Notes under the pieces: generated by a model | The model's database searches: none | What the model was told of the DNA's origin: nothing | Seen by the model: the letters and a program-made list of their open reading frames with translations, nothing else | Translations under genes and position numbers: made by a program | From: Lytechinus pictus | Taxonomy: Eukaryota | Direction of reading: 5' to 3' | Assembly: GCF_037042905.1 (NCBI RefSeq) | Contig: NC_087252.1 | Span: 2,916,001 to 2,980,000 of the forward strand | Length of the DNA stretch: 64,000 nt | Part shown: positions 41,701 to 56,700 of the stretch, one piece after another | Numbering within the stretch: the stretch's first letter is position 1 | Layout of the letters: every line of letters starts with the position of its first letter

Positions 41701-44700
41701 AAAATCAGCACTCCGAAGTGCAGTCACTATACACGCTCCTTAAGAGCTAAATTAGCACTCCAGTTTTTAGAGTGTAGAAGTGACATCCAAATTTATTTTG
41801 TAAAAATGACAATGATGATGATAAATGGCAATAGTTATGATGATAATACGACTATTACTTCTACTCCTTTCCTATTACAAATGGTAATAGTGATAATAAT
41901 AATCATAATGATAATAATCGTAATTCTTATAATGATAATAATATGAAATGATAATGATATCATCAATAACACTAAGTATAATCACTAGTAATTAGATGAC
42001 GATAACAAATATTAAAATTATTCTAAAAATTATATGATTATTAGTGCTGATAATTGTACGAATTTCAAGAGTGCTCAATTAACTTCAAATGTGGTGTAAA
42101 ATTGAACACTTTGTGTTCGAGATTTCTAACACGATTGACTATCCAAAGTTAAATATTAGATGAAATGCTAGTTCATAATACCGAACAAAAATGTTAAAAG
42201 CTACTGAAATAGTTGAATCTAATTGGTTGAGAGCAAGTTTGCCAAAACTTTCCCTGACATAAAGAAGATAGCATGTCAGAGCCAAACCAACATAACCGAC
42301 TCAAAAACGACCAATTGTATGTCTTTAGTAATAACGTAATGCCTTTGGTAGGTCTCGAGTCGGATTCACGGGTGTAGCTGTGGTGAAAAGAAGCATATCT
42401 TACATCTATTGTCGACGGCAGGATTGGTTGTACAGCAAGCATTCCGTTGTGGTAGTTGACTGCAACGCCGATACCGGTTTCTTTGAACATGACGACGACA
42501 CCGTGGATCTCGACATCGAGTTTAAATTCTGTGACGCCCACGGCACAGCCTGGAAAAAAAAATCGTTGAAGTTTGTAAGGTTGTAAATATCACAACTATT
42601 CTACATCGTTATATCTGGTGTGTATGGATGTTTCACATTTTTTTTAAATTTCTCAAGACTATCTCAATTTTTATTTGCTTTTTAATTAAGCTGAATTGTT
42701 ATTAAAGACCTGAGGCAATATGTAACATCAGATTCTTAAGAGGTTTCAAAATCTGATGACAAAAAAGGAACGAAAAAATCAAAATAAGAGAAAGAGAAAA
42801 TAACTAACATTTAGTCTCTGCCGGGCTTTATCCTCAGCAATGCTTTCCAATTCTCTAAATTTAAGTAAAATTGCATGCGTCATCTTTTCATAGAGAGCAG
42901 GGGCTTCCAATCATTTAAACATGACAAAGCACTATTATTCGATTGGAAATATATTCGTTTATTAGCTGTATCAATCCTTACAAAACTATCAAATCAGGGC
43001 CGGATCTAAAATTCAAAAGGCTGGGATGTCAAAAAATGCATATCATTTGAATTTAGTGGAAATTATATTTTACTATTTATCCGACACTGTGGCTCAGTGG
43101 TTGAGCGACCACCTCTTTAACAGGAAATCGCTCAAATCCGGGATGAGACCTAGCAACCCGTGAAAAATGAGACCTTCTTCCTTTTTGTCAGCCTCTCGTT
43201 TTAGAAGAGTTTTATGTTTTGCTCGACAGAAAAAAAAAACGATCACAGGAGCTAAAGTGGCAACATTGGGTAAATAAGTATTATTATCACCATTTACCTC
43301 AATTAGGCTACGTCATAATGTGATTTCGAATTAAAGGGATACTCTGGGCTGAAAATTTTTATTTCTAAATAGAGTAAAATTCACAAAGCAAAATGATGAA
43401 AATTTCATCAAAATCAGATAACAAAAAAAGATATTTAATTTCAAAGTTTAGCAATATTTTGAGAAATCAGCAATATACACGTCATCATGAATATTCATTA
43501 GGTGGGCTGATGATGTCACATCCCCACTTTTCTTTTTCTTATGTTATTACAAGAAATCATAATTGTTTCATTTTTTCATAGATGTGTATATGATTTGTCT
43601 CCATTATAATGTAATAAGTTTCAGCAACAAATAACTAATGCACTTAATCAGTTGTTAATCCAATTGTTTTAGTTCTTGGTAGAACATTTTTGAACAAACC
43701 TAATTTCATATATAATAAAATACAAAATAACAATTGGGGATATGACATCATCAGTTTGCTCATTGAATATTCATGAAGACATGCCTAGAACTGTTTTAGC
43801 GGAATAATGCAAATCTTTAAAATTCAATAACTTTGTTATTTGTTATCCGATTTTGATAAAATTTTCTGCATTTTGCTCTGTAAATTTTACTCTATTTATT
43901 AAGATATGAATATCTTGAGCCTGGAGTATCCCTTTAATAACCGCCGTACAAGAAACGAGTTTGTTTTCCACTAACCTTGTAAATCTGTGAAGGTCTGCTG
44001 TGAAAAGTAAACTGACTGCCATTCTGCATTGTCTTCCGTGCCCCTTCTGTAAACGTCCATACCGCTGCTGGCGCTAGCATCCACAAAGATGGCATCCGAA
44101 CCGCTATCCTGCATGGCGACCGAAGATAGTTGAGTCACATCAACTTCCCTACCTAGTGGTTTCAAGTAATTGAAAATTGTTTGTTTGTATTTTTCCCCAT
44201 ATAGAAAGACAAAATATACATGTTAAATATCAAACATTGGTGATGTGACAGATAATCTATTTCAGGGGCAAAAAACTCAATTCACTTCAATTCAATACAA
44301 AGAAGAAATACAAAGAAACATTGAATGTGAGTTGATGCGAAATCAATCGCGTGGCTTTGCACGAAGGTAATAACAAAACTTGTAAGGCTGAATAGTCTAA
44401 AAAATAATAAGCAAAACATTGATAATAATATTAATAAAACATAAAATTTCCTACCAGTAATAAATTAAACGTAGGAAAAAAGAAAGAAAGAAAAACACAC
44501 AGTTATAGTACACTAAACACGATTTGAAGGGGGTGGGGTTAAATATGGCACAAGTCATACATTGACATCAACTGTTAAAGTTAATAATAATTTACGAGAA
44601 CATTTTTATACTGTTTTCTATAGGAAAATGTATATTGTGAATTAGTTATTATTAGTGGCATGGCACCAGTGCTAGTGTTCTCCATGGGGCATTTTTTTTG

Positions 44701-47700
44701 TTTGAAATTATGAAGTTAATGTAGGCCTATATTGTTGTTTTATGTAATTTTGCTAATTCTAGAGTAAGGTGGACCAATATCCTTTTTTGTCTCCTAAGGC
44801 CAAAGTGTCATAATAAACTAAGAAAGTACAAACAAATAATCATCTAATCTTTAAAACATATAAAAGAATGTGCAATATCAATTTCAAGAAAGAGATATAA
44901 AATCATCTTTACCGTTTATATCCAGTGTCTTTATCTGTCGCCCCTGGAGCTCGAAGTCAAATAGACCTGTCTTAGTCCCACTCATAGCATAACGAAGTAG
45001 GGTGTACTCCCCGAGCCCGTTGAATGTGAAGTTAGTCCTATCCATTGTGATATAATGAGGATCACCAAACGACAATGCTGCAATAATAATGATGATAGGA
45101 GAGTGACCATGTAAACATAAGTATGCATTGGTAAAAACAAATGAGATGGGGTAGCAGAAAAGAAGAAAGATAAAAACAATAAGGGGGAAAATACTGAATG
45201 GCAAGTAAATATTGAGGAGGATAAGCAGATGAGGATGACGAAGAAGAAGGACAATGACAAGGGGTCAAAGTAAAATAACAGTCAGAAAAAATCTTAGAAA
45301 AGAAAATCAACAAAGAACAAGGAAACGAGAAGGAAATAGATGAAATAAGTTAAAGATGAAAAAAAAGTAGGATGAGAAGGAACACTAGAGAAGTAGAAGA
45401 AGAAGACGGAGAAGAAAGCCAAAGAAAGTTCTTTTCAATGTAATTTAACGATTTTATAATGAAGAAAGTTAAGAGAGTAATTAACACGATTAATGAGGCT
45501 TACAATTTTTCATGTTTTATCGACGTCCAAGGCCCAGCTTAAAGAATGCTACAATTGTTTGAGGTAAGTTACAACTATGAACGGGTGGTCTCAGAACCTG
45601 AAATGCATCGGTCAAAGTATTGCAAACAATTACGAACAGGATTAAAGAGAAATATTTACCTATAGTTGGTGGTTCGTAAGCAACACAATCAGTGGTTGGT
45701 CTGACTTTAGTGTATTCGAAGCATTCCTTCTCGCTAGCCCATCCACAACAAAAGTGCATGGCAATGACGTCGTTGGACCAATGGGAAAGTTCTGGAACTA
45801 GATATCTCTGCCTGTAGGGACTTGCTCCTCGAATATGTGATCGGCCTGCCATACCTGCGTACCTCGTGTCACCAGAGTGCATCAGGAGGTTGTTTTCATC
45901 ATAGCAACATTTGGTACCGGACATAGTAATACGACTACAAATAAAAGAGGAAAGAAAAACACTTGCACGAACAAATCGCAGCAGATATTTCTTATTCTGG
46001 GCCTGTAACACAAAGTTTAGCGATTAATTGCTAATTTGAAAGAACAATCCTAATTAGCCTAGTCAGTTTACAGAGCGAAATGCGCAACGATGATCTTGAT
46101 AAGCCATTTCATTAAGTTATCAATCGCTTACTTTTGTGTTACGGGGTCCTGATGATGAGTAATATGTTGCAGTTGCGTATGTACGAGGGGCATGTGTCGC
46201 TAGCTACCAATCTCAGGATGACGCAAAAATAGTAAAGGCTTAGGGGGATCTTTGCTGCGTCATATTCCGGACAGGCGCATGTTTAGCTACATAGCCGGTA
46301 CCAATGTACAACAGGGGTTTTGGTAACAGAAGCTACATAGGGTTTTAAGAATACATATTTTGTATTTCATATTTCGTCACTAATTTAACCAGCTACATCA
46401 AGACCAGCACCGCCACCACCTATGACTGGAGTAACACCACCAATGGCTACAACAATCACGAATAACTAGTAACTACTTGCTAACACTATACGAAGTGTGA
46501 ATAATGACGAATTCAAGGTAAAGAGTAAGCGAAATTCAAGGACCTGTCTATACTGACCGTTAAACATTACGTCCTAGAACATTTAGGAAAGTATTTGACA
46601 TTTGGCAGTTCTCCAACTTTTTTTATACCATCTAGAGAGATAGCTGGCCGTTTTCTGTCATTTGCTACGATCAGATGAAAATATGGCTGTCTAACAACGT
46701 TTGAGGATAAAACAATGTTTGTCTGATGTAGTTTCGTGAGACAGTAATAAATGTATATGACAGAGTCTTGTTGTGAAGTGGAGGGGACAAACGAGAAGAC
46801 GCCCCCCACCCAGAAAAAAGAGTGAAATATAAAATAATCAATGTGGATTTGGCGCTTTAGAAATACTATATATTGTTATTATTATACAATGACGAGAAGG
46901 AAAATGGAGAGAAACAATAAATAATAAAACAAAATCAAAAGAAAAACAACTACGATAGAGCGATCGAGAAAGCCAACAAACCTTGCATAAGCGCTGAGAA
47001 CGCAATATATGGCTCCTTCATTTTCCGCACAATTTGCATCCGTGCTCAGAGTATTGCAGGAGGGGTCGGTGACGAAGGTCCCTACATCTTGTGTTGCCTG
47101 TTCTAAGGTGCACGGACAAGCCGGAAGGTTCTGAAATAGGAAAGTATGAAATGTCATTATCATTATTACGTTTGGAGTCACCCGTGCCAGGGAGGCGAAA
47201 AACGTACTGAATCACTAATGACCCGCAGGTTGACCCCTACTCTTATACGAATGGTGCAGTGGGTTCTTAACGCACAAAGGAGGTGACTCTGTTCGGAACT
47301 AGGCCCACATTTAACGTCGTATCCCAGGGACGGGGTGTTTTTCACTGTAACATAGTTTGCATCTATGAAACAGGGGAGGGGCATGTTTACACACAACGAA
47401 GGCTTCATTTATCGGTTCCATGATAATTGCTCCGCCGACAGTTGCTCCGTCGACACTTGCTCCGCCGATAATTGCTCCGTCGACACTTGCTCCGCCGAAA
47501 TTTGCTCCGCCGATATTTGCTCCGTCGACATCTGCTCCGCCGAAAATTGCTCCGCCGACAATTGCTCCGCCGACATCTGCTCCGATTATACGACAATTGC
47601 TCCGCGACAATTGCTCTGCCGATAATTGCTCCGCCGACATCTGCTCCGCCGAAAATGGCTCCGCCGTAAATTGCTCAGATAATGCGACAATTATTAATTT

Positions 47701-50700
47701 ATTTTTTTATTCGTACTTTCATACGCATAACAATTGTAGCACAGGCTGAAGGCGTCAATTTACAAATTTGTAATATAATTATTACAAAGTAAACTTAAAC
47801 TATGCTTGCATGATATATTATATGACATACACAGGGGCCGCGGAACGGTTTTCAAAGTGGGGGGCTGAGTCAGAAGTGGGGGGCTGACCATGCTAAAAAT
47901 CACAATCATATGGTCATTCTTACGTTTTTGTACACGGTTTTTGAAAAAAGTGGGGGCCTAAAGCCCCCAGCCCCCCGGTTCCACGGCCCCTGATACATGC
48001 ATATAGAAAGAAATAGTAAAAAGGGGTAAGCACAAATGAGGGATATATATTCGTAATACTTATTCATGGTGGGGGGGAGCATTTGTGTAAGTTTTATTAC
48101 GTGCCTGGTGATTAAAATGAAAAAAATACGCGTTTTCATGTACTTATTATAACAGTACAAAAAAATTAGATATACCCCATTCTTAGCGTCAAAATCGCTC
48201 AGACTGGCGAAATATGCTCCGAAGTGGAGACATTTGCTCCAGGTGAAATTCAACGGTACCCCACCTTAATTGTCGAAAGCCTGTACTGTAGTCACCCAAA
48301 ATGTTTACTCTCGGCAAATTTTGTCCCACACAAACATGACCAAGACATTCAGTAAGTAAAAATTAATATTCAAGAAAATACCAACTTGTGAAAGGCTACA
48401 TGTCGTGTCACCTTCTCGGCACACCCCTCCACTCTGGTTTACATATCCTCTCGTATACACAGTGCTCTCAGTCTGGTCTCCACATCCACATTATGTCATA
48501 AACACCGTAGGTTTTTAGATTATGATAATACCGTATATAATAGTCAGTTGCTTTTTTGTTTTATGTTGATCATGATTGTTTTCTTCACTGATAGAAAAAG
48601 GATAATTAAATTTAAAAAAATAATCAAAAAATAAAATCTATATGGTCCGCCAATAGTCGAATTATATTCATTATGATGTTATAATGTAAGTAACAGTTTG
48701 TTGTTGATGGGGGATATAATTTTACACGTAGTTTCAAAAAATAAAACAAATCAAACAAGATTTTCTTCTATAAATGATATACCTTCATCTGTATATGGCC
48801 GCCTGTGTTTTTCCAAGAATGAACTTTATGAGAAGAAAACGTGTGTTCATGTACTTATTATCATTATCATTGTACCACCATTATCAGCATCATTATCATC
48901 ATCAGCATCTTCATCATCACCACCATTATCATTGTCGTCGTTTTGCTTATGCGGAAATCAAACAAAAATGATTGTGAAAAAGGTTATGGAGGGAAAGAGA
49001 GAGAGAGAGAGGGGGATTGAGTGAGAGCTTGAGGAAAAAAGGAGGTGTATGGCTTATTATTTCTGAATATCGCGATTTCTGATTATTCATGGGATTAAAA
49101 TAGAAGGATAAACTTAACAAGTTCTTGTCATACTTTTTTTTTTATATTTGATTTACTGATCAGAACATGAGATAAGAAAAATAATGAAAAATGTACGCTC
49201 TCGACAGTTTTATTAACGTTTTCCAACCAAAACTACACTTTAATGACTCCAAACACCTTCATTTTCACACACTCGGAACTATGGACACGGTACACATAGG
49301 CGGATCCAGCTTTTGGCGAAAGGGGGAGGGGCGTACTGCCGAGCGGCGCACATATTTTTGCACTTTACCGGCGCCATAAAAGAAAATGTTGAAAAAGGGG
49401 TAAAGTCTGACCCTGTCAAATGCTCTTTTCAAAATGTAGGATTTCCAGTCATGCCATTTTGCATGACCACACGCATATAATATTTCCGGGGAGGGGGGGG
49501 GGGGGGGCAAGACTCGAACATATTTTTGAAAGAAAAACGATGGAGTAAACGGACCGAGCTGCTCAATGGGGCGATTATTTTTTTTTACAAGTGTGATAAA
49601 AGTATTTGGTGCACATCTCACATATGCACATTTTTCATAGTTTTCATGAAATGTTAAGGAAAAAAAAGTGTTTTCACAACAGCTGATCGGGAATTCCCCC
49701 CCCCCCCTTCCCCCCTTGCTGCGTACGACCATTCCCTGAAGTCCACTTAAACATATCTCATTATAACAGAAAATATACATCAATTTAAACATATAATCTT
49801 TCTAAAACATATATAGAGAGAGATTGAAAAACTTATTAAAGAAAGAAACAAGCAAAAAGTAACACAAATTATGCATGTTATGTGCGATTTCAAAATCTCG
49901 TGTACTAACCCTTTTATTGCGATGAGGCCAATACTTTTGTATATTAATTGAGGTACAAGTTTTTTTTTACTATATACAATGATACTACATCATGAATCAT
50001 TTAGAATACATCACCAATCCAGGTTTATATATTATCATTCAATTTTCATGTACATGATGTATAGGCCTATATACAGAATTTGGTATTGATATATATATTG
50101 TGATGCTTTTCACTAAATCTAATGCAATTTGCAATGATGAGTAATTTTTATCTAATTACTTTGACGAAACTGGATATAATGCGTATGACCTGAATTCAGA
50201 AAGAGATCCTTCAAGACATGCAGAGCTTTGGAAATAGTTCTCCAGTTTTACAGGTATCGTTATCTTTGTTTTTAACTTCTTCCTGAGTGATCAGATGAAT
50301 AATATTTAACTTAATGGAAGATGAAAATAAATCAAATTTTGTGGCGTAAACATTTAAACGTTAAAACAAAGATATTGACAAACTGTATTTATACATTCAA
50401 AATGATATTAAGTGGTTTAAGGTCTAACGAATATACGTCTGGTTGCGTAATTATACACTCCCGGTATTAGCAACAGGTTTTAGCAAAGTTATGAACTAAA
50501 ATATCGAATCATCTTCATAATATTAGTACTCCTTTTCTGCGATGTAATTTGATACTCATCAACTGAGATTAATATTTCAGAATTACTTGTGATATGCAAA
50601 TAATTGTCTATACAAAGGAGAGTCTCATGATGGTGCGACACTAGGAAAGGAAAATATATGAGAGAATCGGGGTTCGAGGTTAGCAACCAAATATACCCAG

Positions 50701-53700
50701 AAAAAATAAACCACTAGAATTTGTCAGAATGTGTCGAAATTCTGCAAATAGGTCAATCTTGTGACTTTTGGAAAGGTACTTTTGGGAACTTATGTAATGA
50801 ATCTCTCACGCATGATTTCACTGGAGTGATGATTATTTTTAAGTAACACATGAACAAAAAATATTGATCAATTTCAGCAACGTCCCTGCTTAAAGAGCAA
50901 TGCTTTCAATTGTTACGGTGCATTGAAAAAAAGTTAATAACGTTTAATACAAGTTACTCAATGGATAAAAAGTTAGGATAATATTATCTGAATGCTACTG
51001 AAAAACATTTTTTTTGTAAGCAACCATGGGCAACATCTTTAAAATACTACTGAAGGACTTGATTTAGAATCGCACCACGTGCTTAAGACTCTGGCAGCGC
51101 CGATTTATAACCAGATAGCGCCGATTTATAACCAGATGGCGCTGATTATTCTTGACCGGCCCCAATTTAGATATAGGTGGCGCTGATTATCCTTGATCGG
51201 CGCCGGTTAAGACTCTGGCAGTGCCGATTTATAACCAAATGGCGCTGATTATTCTTGTCCGGCGCCGATTTAGATTTAGGTGGCGCTGATTATTCTTGAT
51301 TGGCGCCAGTTATATGCAGTCAGCGCACTGCTGATTATTTTTAAACGGCGAAGTTGTTGGGAAAAGGGTAGTTAAAAGAAAATATAAGGAAGATGAGATA
51401 TGATTGTGCTTTGCTGGGGGATAGTCTTTCCTTACTGTTGCTAATATGATCAGTGTATATTTTTTAAGCGGCGCCTTTTCTTTCTTTTACTTTTCTTTTC
51501 TTTTTTTTGAGCGGCGCCTTAGGCGCCGCTCAAATATTATGGGGGGGGGGGGGGCGTGCGCCCCCTGTGCCCCCCCTGGATCCGCCACTGGTATACATGT
51601 TATTGAGAGTAGTGTCACTTTCAAAACCTTTCTTAGCTGCAAGGAATACTGAATCTCATTTCCACAATGTGCTCTGAATGCACAATGCCTGTGTTTCTAA
51701 TATGTACCCAAATTACCAAATTTAAAGAACACATGTTAAGATCTAATGAATCAGCAAAATAATCCACCTTCTATCATGATCAGCAGGCATAACAGCCTAC
51801 TCTTGAATACTTCAATTACAGTTTGTCGAAAGAAATAACACAAAGAAAAAGAAACATATCGAATTGTAACTCTCGTAAATATATCAAAAATATTCAATTA
51901 ACGCATCGCGCTCTCATTTCTTTTACGAGATACCCCCCCCCCGAAATATGGTTCATGTTTACAATTTAAAAAAGGCGTATAAATGTCCCCTTTCCAGGTC
52001 AATAACAGCTCGCGCTTTGTGCTCGCATTATAAATTAAGTGAGATGCGTATTGGGTTTCATGAATTTGTAACTATATTATTGCTGGTATATATATTATTG
52101 TCTTTTCAAAATAACATTATTTGTTTAGACGTAATGAGAGAGATACATACATATATTCATTTATTATAATATATTTATATTGTCGCTATTGCACAGAAAA
52201 GAGCAAAAATACAACCGAAGTCTAGTTTTATAGTAACTCACCAGTAACGTAATGAGCCAACAACAAAAAATGGAGGGGGCCAGACAAGGATGACATTTAT
52301 TTTCCTTTCCTTTATTCTTTTTTTTTCATTGGTAGGGAGAATGGGGGGGGGGGGGGGATCCGTGCCCCCTAGCACGCCCCTCCCCCATCTGTACGCCAGT
52401 GATGATCATACTTTCGTTTGAAACAAATTGAAAGAAAAAAAGTGTAAGGGTAGATAAGGCCCAATACGTAAATACAAATTATTGATAAAAATATTAATAA
52501 TTATAATGCTGATAAATATACAATAAATCAAGCGGTCACCAATAAAAATAAACAACGTGAAAGAACAAAACGAGAAAGAGAGAGAGAGAGAGAGAGCCCG
52601 CGCGAATGTATGGTGTATAAGTTGCTGGAAAGCAGAAGAGATATTGTGTCCAGCACCCCCCCCCCCCAAAAAAAAAAAAAAAAAAATATATATCTCCACC
52701 GCTCAAGACCGGAGTGAAACCAATGATAATAATATATGAACAAAAATCCAGATTCACAATTTCAATGGGGAGTGTGTCATTCCCCTTCTCCGTTTCAATT
52801 TGTCAAGTGGCAGCGGCAGGGAGAACAATCTGTTTTGTTTTCAAAGCAGAAAGCTGTGATGATAGGAGGAGAATAAAATAAATAAAACATTAACGAATAA
52901 CAAGAACAAAACAATTTGTATCAGGATGAATCTCTTATTATTTAACATAGACCAACTTGGAATAATAAGATGTTCATGCAATTGTCGTATAATCGGATCA
53001 GATGTCGGCGGAGCAAATATCGGCGGAGCAATTGTCGCGGAGCAATTGTCGTATATTCGGAGCAATTTTCGGTGGAGCAAATATCGGCGGATCAATTGTC
53101 GCGGAGCAATTGTCGTATAATCGGAGCAATTTTCGGCGGAGCAAATATCGGCGGAGCAATTGTCGCGGAGCAATTGTCGTATAATCGGAGCAATTTTCGG
53201 CGGAGCAAATATCGGCGGAGCAATTGTCGCGGAGCAATTGTCGTATAATTGGAGCAGGTGTCGGCGGAGCAATTGTCGGCGGAGCTATTGTCGGCGGATC
53301 AATTTTCGGTGGAGCTGATGTCGGCGGAGCAGATGTCGGCGGAGCAAATATCGGCGGAGCAAATATCGGCGGAGCAAGTGTCGACGGAGCACATATCGGC
53401 GGAGCAAGTGTCGACGGAGCAACTGTCGGCGGAGCAACTGTCCGGAGCAATTGTCGGCGGAGCAATTGTCTTATTTTGCGTAGCAATTGTCGGCGGAGCA
53501 ATTGTCGGGTCACCCTTCACCCCCCCCCCCCCTATTTCCCAAATCGTGTACAAAAACGTAAAAATGACCATATGATTGTGATTTCTAGCATGGTCAGCCC
53601 CCGCACTTTTATTGAAAACCGTTCCGCGGCCCCTTTGTATGTCATGTAATATACCATGCAAGCATAGTTTAAGTTTACTTCGCAATAAATATTATAATAT

Positions 53701-56700
53701 ACAAATGTGTAAATTGACGCCTTCAGCCTGTGCTACAATTGTTATGCACAATTCTTCTTTTCTTCTTCTTCCTGTAAAGTACAGACTGCCGTTGGCATAT
53801 TATCATACTCGTGCTTGTCAAGTGCCCAGATGAATAGTGCGATTAAAAATCTCTACAAAACTATGTGCGGCTAAAAACAGAAGAGGCCTTAACGAAGCCT
53901 CCTTTGCTGCACCTCCTGCTTGAAAGACGCGAGGGAGGTGCTGTGAACTATCTTTGCTGGGAGTGAGTTCCACATTCTGATAGCATCAGTAAAGAATGTT
54001 TTTTGATATATTTGTGTTCTGGCATATGGGATTTGGAACTTATCAGGATTTCCACGTGTACATGGTCCAGTTGATGGAATAAACTGGTCATCCGGGATGT
54101 CAATAAGCTTGTTGATGATACCGTAGACCATGCTAGCTCTCTGTTGTGCCCTTCTTTCCTGAAGCGTAGCCCACTGGAGTTGCTTTAGCATATCTGATAC
54201 GCTGCTGGTACGTCGAAAGTCTCCTAAAGCAAAGCGGGCGTAACGGCGTTGTACCATTTCCAGTTTTGAGATGTTCCTCTGGGTAAATGGGTCCCATACC
54301 ACAGCAGCATATTCCAGTACTGGAAGGACAAGTGCTTTGTAGCACAACACTTTCGTCTTGAGAGGGCAGTCCCTGATATTTCTCTGCAGGAAGCTGCTGA
54401 CTGAGTTGGCAGACTTAGTTGTTTTGTCTACATGGTGATTCCACTTCAGGTTTTCTCGAAGTTTACACCAAGGTATTTTGCTTTATCAGTCTCCACCAGG
54501 GGGGTTCCATGAATGCAATATGGTGTTGAACTCTTGATAACTACCCTCTTATTGGTAACATGCATAACTTGGCATTTTTGCGGGTGAAATTGCATGAGCC
54601 AGTCATCTTCCCATACTTGAAGAGCATCCAGGTCCCTCTGAAGCTGTTTAGTGTCCTCCTTTGTCTTGACCTTTCTGTACAAGATGCAGTCGTCAGCAAA
54701 GAGGCGCACCGTAGACTGTGATGATACATATTCAGGGAGGTCATTAATGAAGAGGAGGAAGAGCAGAGGTCCGACCACGCTACCTTGCGGCACTCCTGAG
54801 AGAACGGGGGCTTCATGAGATGTAACTCCTTCAATAAGAACCCTCTGGGAGCGGTTGCTGAGTAGATGTTCAATCCATGAGTGAATATTGCCTCTGACTC
54901 CATAATAGTTGACTTTGTACATCAATCTACCATGGGGAACCTTGTCAAAGGCTTTTGACAAGTCCAGTAGAATCACACCAAGCTGATCGCCAGCATCAAT
55001 ACCCTTGGAAAGGTCCTGAACAGCATGTAAGAGCTGAGATGTACAGGAGCGCTTCTTGCGAAAGCCATGCTGGGCGTCACATAAGATGTTATTGCTATCC
55101 AGGTGGTCAAGAATGCTACTGCAGACAATGTGTTCCAGGGTCTTGCACACAATAAATGTCAGCGAGATTGGCCTGTAGTTTTCTGCTTCTTGAAGACAGG
55201 AACTACATTAGCTCTTTCCAGTCATCCGGAATAATGCCTTGGTCAACAGATGCTTGAAAGAGAATAGTGAGGATAGGCGTGAGTTCTGTCGCAAGTTCCT
55301 TCAAAAGTCTCGCTTGCAAGCCGTCTGGACCTGTTGCTTTGTGTATCTGCAGTGTTGATAGCAGATTGTCGCACTATCGGAGCAATTTACGGCGGAGCAA
55401 ATGTCGGCGGAGCAAATATTGACGGAGCAGGTGTTGGCGGAGCAATTTTGAGAAGAAAACAAGTGTACAAATAATTTGCCATTGCTCGCCATTTAATTCC
55501 ATACGAGGCATCAAAACACATAGGCAATATGCCTAAATAACATAAAAGGTAATGGACATCAACACAATCTGAATAATGTCGTGAGACATAACAAAAGACT
55601 ACATATGCATTAGAACTGTGGCATACTGAAAGATATGGTCACGTGAACACCAGGAGGGTAGTAACTCCTCCCTGGGGCTGTTGATCACGTGACCCACCCG
55701 CAGGATATTAGTTCTCACGGGTATTTCCCCTAAATCTTGGTAATCAACATCTTTGGAGCATATACTTTGATATTAATATTGGTGATCTGTCAGGTTTCAA
55801 ACAATTTGTTTCTGAACACAAACCTTCTACACATTGTATAAGGCTATCCTTTCATGCTCCTCCTTACCATTTCCGTGTAACAACCAAAATTAGCCACATT
55901 ACGTACTATGCTAAGTCTGAAAATACATATGACATGTATATGCATATATCCATACTATGGTTGTATCCGCAACCATGTTGTATCTGTGCATGCTTCCTTG
56001 ATAAACGCTGTAATTGCCCGCCCAACCTTATGCAAGCCAAAGAGTTACCTTCAGATTTCCTGTGCTCCTAATTTCCAACATAAAATCAATGTCTCTCCCA
56101 ACTTCCCAACCAATGCTTACATAATTCTTCCCAACCTCCCAACCATAATGTAATGTCTCACAGGAACATCATAAATCGTGGTACACCACATTTCCTAAAC
56201 ATTTCCCATGCTCCTACATGTAATTACATCCTAGAGCTCAAGGGCTCAATGTCTCTCCCAACCTCCCAACCATGCTGACATAATTCTGCCCAACCTCCCA
56301 ACCATAATGTAAAATCTAAAAAGAATATCATAAATCTTGAAACACAAAATTTCCTAATCATTTTACATGCTCTTAATTCCACCAAAGAGACTCAAAACTC
56401 AATGTCACTCCAAACCTCCCAACCATGCTGACCTACTGTCGTAATTCTGCCCAGCCTCCCAACCATAATGTAATGTCTCACAGGAATATCATAAATCGTG
56501 ATACACGAAGTTCCTAGATATGGTTATTCTCAACAGTAACTCAGCTCCACGTATAAAGTCAGTTGGTATGGTAACACTCAACAATCATTTATTGTTCCAC
56601 TGCAATGCCTCACAATCATGCAGCCCGTACACACTTTTACCTTGTGTGTCTAAATTTTGTACCATAGGTCCTCCCCTCTCGATATTATAAAATAAAACCC

